A stretch of 27,843 nt of DNA, from positions 1-27,843 of the IMG/VR virus record IMGVR_UViG_3300049167_000039; one strand, 5' to 3'. The notes under the pieces are model-generated. The model worked only from the letters and a program-made list of their open reading frames with translations. It did not search any database and was not told the DNA's origin. The DNA comes from a virus. Lineage: Duplodnaviria; Caudoviricetes. Below are positions 26,869 to 27,843 of this stretch, piece by piece. Numbering within the stretch: the first letter of the stretch is position 1; each line of letters begins with the position of its first letter. Both the position numbers and the translations under genes were made by a program.

Positions 26869-27786
26869 TTAAATCTCTAAATTGTTAAGTGGATTATACC
26901 TATCATTTTGTTCCCTTAAGTCATTTCCCCACATGGCAGCATAACGTTCTGTTACACTGATATTGCTGTGACGCATTAGTTTTTGAATGGCAAAGGTACT
27001 CATTCCTGACTGAATACATCGCTGACAGAAGGTGTGTCGAAATGTGTGTGCAGAAAGGCGTACATCTCTAAAATTCATGATCTTTGATAGCCGCTTAAAG
27101 ATATTTTGTACAGCATTTTCTGTAAGGTATTGATTATCACGATTAGTAAATATGTACTCACTCAGTTGATTAAATCTCTGTTCACAATAAACTTTGTAGC
27201 CCGCTAACTCTTTTAATAATTTATCAGTAGCAGGGATTACGTCTGACTGTCGTGTTTTACTGGAATATACACTGATTGTTTTATGCTGAAAATCAATGTT
27301 TGACCATTTTAAAGAGCATAGTTCGCCTAAACGGACACCAGTTGATAGTAGGGTAACAATAATCGTGTAATCACGGTATGAATAAAACGCTTTATCACGT
27401 TGTTTAATCCTTCTATAATGGTTCAACATCTGTTTGATATGATAATCCGTAAAAACTTCAATGTGAATATCTTCTTTTACCCGTTTAATCTTCTTAGCAG
27501 GATTCTTCTCAATAACTTCAATTTCTACTAAATAATTTAACAAGGCATTTAGACGAGTTAACTTATGATTTAAGCTAGTTGGATTATTTCCCAGTTCATT
27601 CTTACAGTACACAAGATACTTCTTAATGGTGTTTTGAGTAATATCTTGTACGTTGATAATTTCATTCGCACTACAGTAATTAATAAACTGATTAAGAATA
27701 TCTTTGTAACCGATAATTGTCTTCTGTGAAATATTTTTAAATTCCCGATCATCGATAAAGTCTTGTACTGCAAATTTTAAAAGCAA
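26869..27786 (-). CDS. Tyrosine recombinase / integrase
   Basis: TGVRLGEL (R), SKT (K), HTFRH, MRHSNISVTERY (H, Y); SAM-like N-terminus; TTG 27786 after SD AGGAGG (ORF track starts at 27813). Confidence 0.95.
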   Translation of the reverse strand: MLLKFAVQDFIDDREFKNISQKTIIGYKDILNQFINYCSANEIINVQDITQNTIKKYLVYCKNELGNNPTSLNHKLTRLNALLNYLVEIEVIEKNPAKKIKRVKEDIHIEVFTDYHIKQMLNHYRRIKQRDKAFYSYRDYTIIVTLLSTGVRLGELCSLKWSNIDFQHKTISVYSSKTRQSDVIPATDKLLKELAGYKVYCEQRFNQLSEYIFTNRDNQYLTENAVQNIFKRLSKIMNFRDVRLSAHTFRHTFCQRCIQSGMSTFAIQKLMRHSNISVTERYAAMWGNDLREQNDRYNPLNNLEI

Positions 27787-27788
27787 AT

Positions 27789-27822
27789 AAAAAAACCTCC
27801 TCATGAAAACCATGAAGAGGTT
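27789..27822 (-). terminator. Minus-strand terminator-like hairpin containing the integrase SD
   Basis: AACCTCTTCATG-GTTTT-CATGAGGAGGTT followed by TTTTT. Confidence 0.65.
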
Positions 27823-27843
27823 GAGAGAAATAGTAGCAATTCT

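Noticed and set aside
26869-27786. Calling this housekeeping xerC/xerD
   Set aside because: Context is mobile-element-like, with no xer-associated housekeeping neighbours in the window.

Overview
Low-GC Firmicute (Bacillus-like) temperate siphophage region. Bases 1-18834 are an apparently intact HK97-type late operon: terminase large subunit (truncated at the left edge), portal, prohead protease, major capsid, four head-tail/neck genes, tail tube, tail assembly chaperone pair, tape measure with M23 and SLT domains, Dit, a Tal-fibre fusion with a C-terminal intramolecular chaperone, BhlA holin and M15 endolysin. An accessory arm follows: a very acidic 82-aa gene, a divergent XRE HTH gene with a sigma-H-like promoter, and an operon encoding an FtsK/SpoIIIE ATPase, a Replic_Relax (MOBC-like) nuclease and two paralogous VirB2/pilin-like membrane proteins, which looks like a minimal DNA-transfer module and is the best candidate for an undescribed system. 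Next come a 55-aa ORF missing from the ORF track, a large serine recombinase, a stand-alone copy of the C-terminal domain of the Bacillus helicase loader DnaB and a coupled possible RelE-like/coiled-coil gene. The right end carries, on the minus strand, a tyrosine integrase and an HTH rep-like gene whose leader appears to encode a ~65-nt antisense RNA. All family assignments come from motif recognition and synteny, not database searches.
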